Of a stretch of 64,000 nt of DNA, positions 63,223 through 64,000 are shown piece by piece. The notes under the pieces were generated by a model. That model worked only from the letters and a program-made list of their open reading frames with translations, had not been told where the DNA came from and did no database searches. Numbering within the stretch: position 1 is the first letter of the stretch; each line of letters opens with the position of its first letter. The DNA comes from an uncultured Gammaproteobacteria bacterium (GTDB lineage: Bacteria; Actinomycetota; Acidimicrobiia; Spongiisociales; SHLN01), in the NCBI GenBank assembly GCA_964195905.1, contig CAXMQV010000029.1, positions 5,618 to 69,617 on the forward strand. Reading direction: 5' to 3'. The translations under genes were made by a program, and so were the position numbers.

Positions 63223-64000
63223 CCGGCATGACCCGTTTCGCCTCCGTGGGCCTTGCCGTTGTCGCCCTCGGGGCCGGGGCGTTGTGGATGACCAGCTCCT
63301 CAGAAGCCCCGGCCGCTTCCAGCACTCTGGCGGGCGGAGGGGAGATGGCCTCAGATACCGTCACCCGCCAGACCCTGCAGCAGGCGGAGGAATTCTCAGG
63401 CTCGCTCGGCTACGGCGAGAGTTTCAGCCTCCCCGGCCAGGCGGCCGGCACGGTCACCTGGGTTCCGGACAAGGGAGCAGTGCTGCGCCCCGGCGATCTC
63501 CTCTACAAGGTCGACGAGCGTTCGACCTACTGGGCTCAGGGCGACCTGCCCATGTATCGGAGCCTGGGGTCGGGATCTGAGGGCGTCGACGTCGAGCAAC
63601 TCCAGCAGTTCCTGAAGGACCAGGACTACCTGGGCACCGACTTCGAAGTAGACGGAAAATTCGGCACCGGTACTCGCAACGCGGTCAAGGCCTGGCAAGG
63701 CGACAACGACCTCGACAAGACCGGACGGATCGATGCTTCCCAGCTGCTGTATCTCCCCCACGAGACGCTGCGGGTCGCCACGATTCCACGAATCGGCGAG
63801 CCGGCCGTGGGTGGCGTCATCGATGTCACCGCCCCCGACCTGTTTGTTTCCCTGGAGGTAGGGGCTCGCAAGAAGAGGGTCTTCGAAGGCTCCCCGACCA
63901 TCGAAGTCGAGATGGCCGACGGGACTCGCCACCCGGCTACGGTCGACACAATTACCGCCCAACAGTCCCAGGACCCCTTCGGAGAACAGCAGTACCGGAT
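63219..64000 (+). CDS. Peptidoglycan-binding domain / periplasmic-adaptor-like protein (truncated by the window end)
   Basis: GTGA overlap; manual translation VTGMTRFASVGLAVVALG...GTVTWVP..G.VL..GD.LYKVDE...GDLPMYRSL..G.EG.DVEQLQ...DGKFG.GTRNAVKAWQ; no stop before 64000. Confidence 0.85.
   Translation, partial: MTGMTRFASVGLAVVALGAGALWMTSSSEAPAASSTLAGGGEMASDTVTRQTLQQAEEFSGSLGYGESFSLPGQAAGTVTWVPDKGAVLRPGDLLYKVDERSTYWAQGDLPMYRSLGSGSEGVDVEQLQQFLKDQDYLGTDFEVDGKFGTGTRNAVKAWQGDNDLDKTGRIDASQLLYLPHETLRVATIPRIGEPAVGGVIDVTAPDLFVSLEVGARKKRVFEGSPTIEVEMADGTRHPATVDTITAQQSQDPFGEQQYR

Overview
A 64 kb, GC-rich, gene-dense chromosomal segment with about 65 CDS. The host is probably an actinobacterium, likely Acidimicrobiia; this is an inference from a perfect TCGAAC-N4-GTTCGA LexA box, many F420/LLM-type enzymes, a WS/DGAT, and frequent leaderless TANNNT-6/7nt-start architecture. 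I found no rRNA, tRNA, CRISPR array, transposase or integrase. Most genes are housekeeping or accessory: seven ABC systems, ppc, glgC, arginase, polX, dinB, SRAP, ATL, NhaP, YrbG, a two-component system and a baeRF-type protein. The most notable region is a 12.6 kb, 13-gene catabolic-looking cluster (12168-24815). It holds a dihydroorotase/allantoinase-like cyclic amidohydrolase, an M20 protein whose canonical Zn ligands are changed (H>D, E>Q, H>M), four LLM/F420-type oxidoreductases (two are clear paralogs), an isochorismatase-family Cys hydrolase, a cupin, an alpha/beta hydrolase and an NMT1/THI5-type ABC importer. My hypothesis is a flavin/F420-dependent N-heterocycle degradation route. Intergenic DNA carries many short 7-bp tandem arrays, often as inverted pairs and often directly upstream of leaderless promoters, plus REP-like palindromes and one multi-stem element with alternative pairings upstream of yrbG. 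A TauE/SafE gene is split by a +1 frameshift in a G4/C4 run. Family names are from motif recognition, not database searches, and several starts were moved from the ORF track using promoter or RBS evidence.
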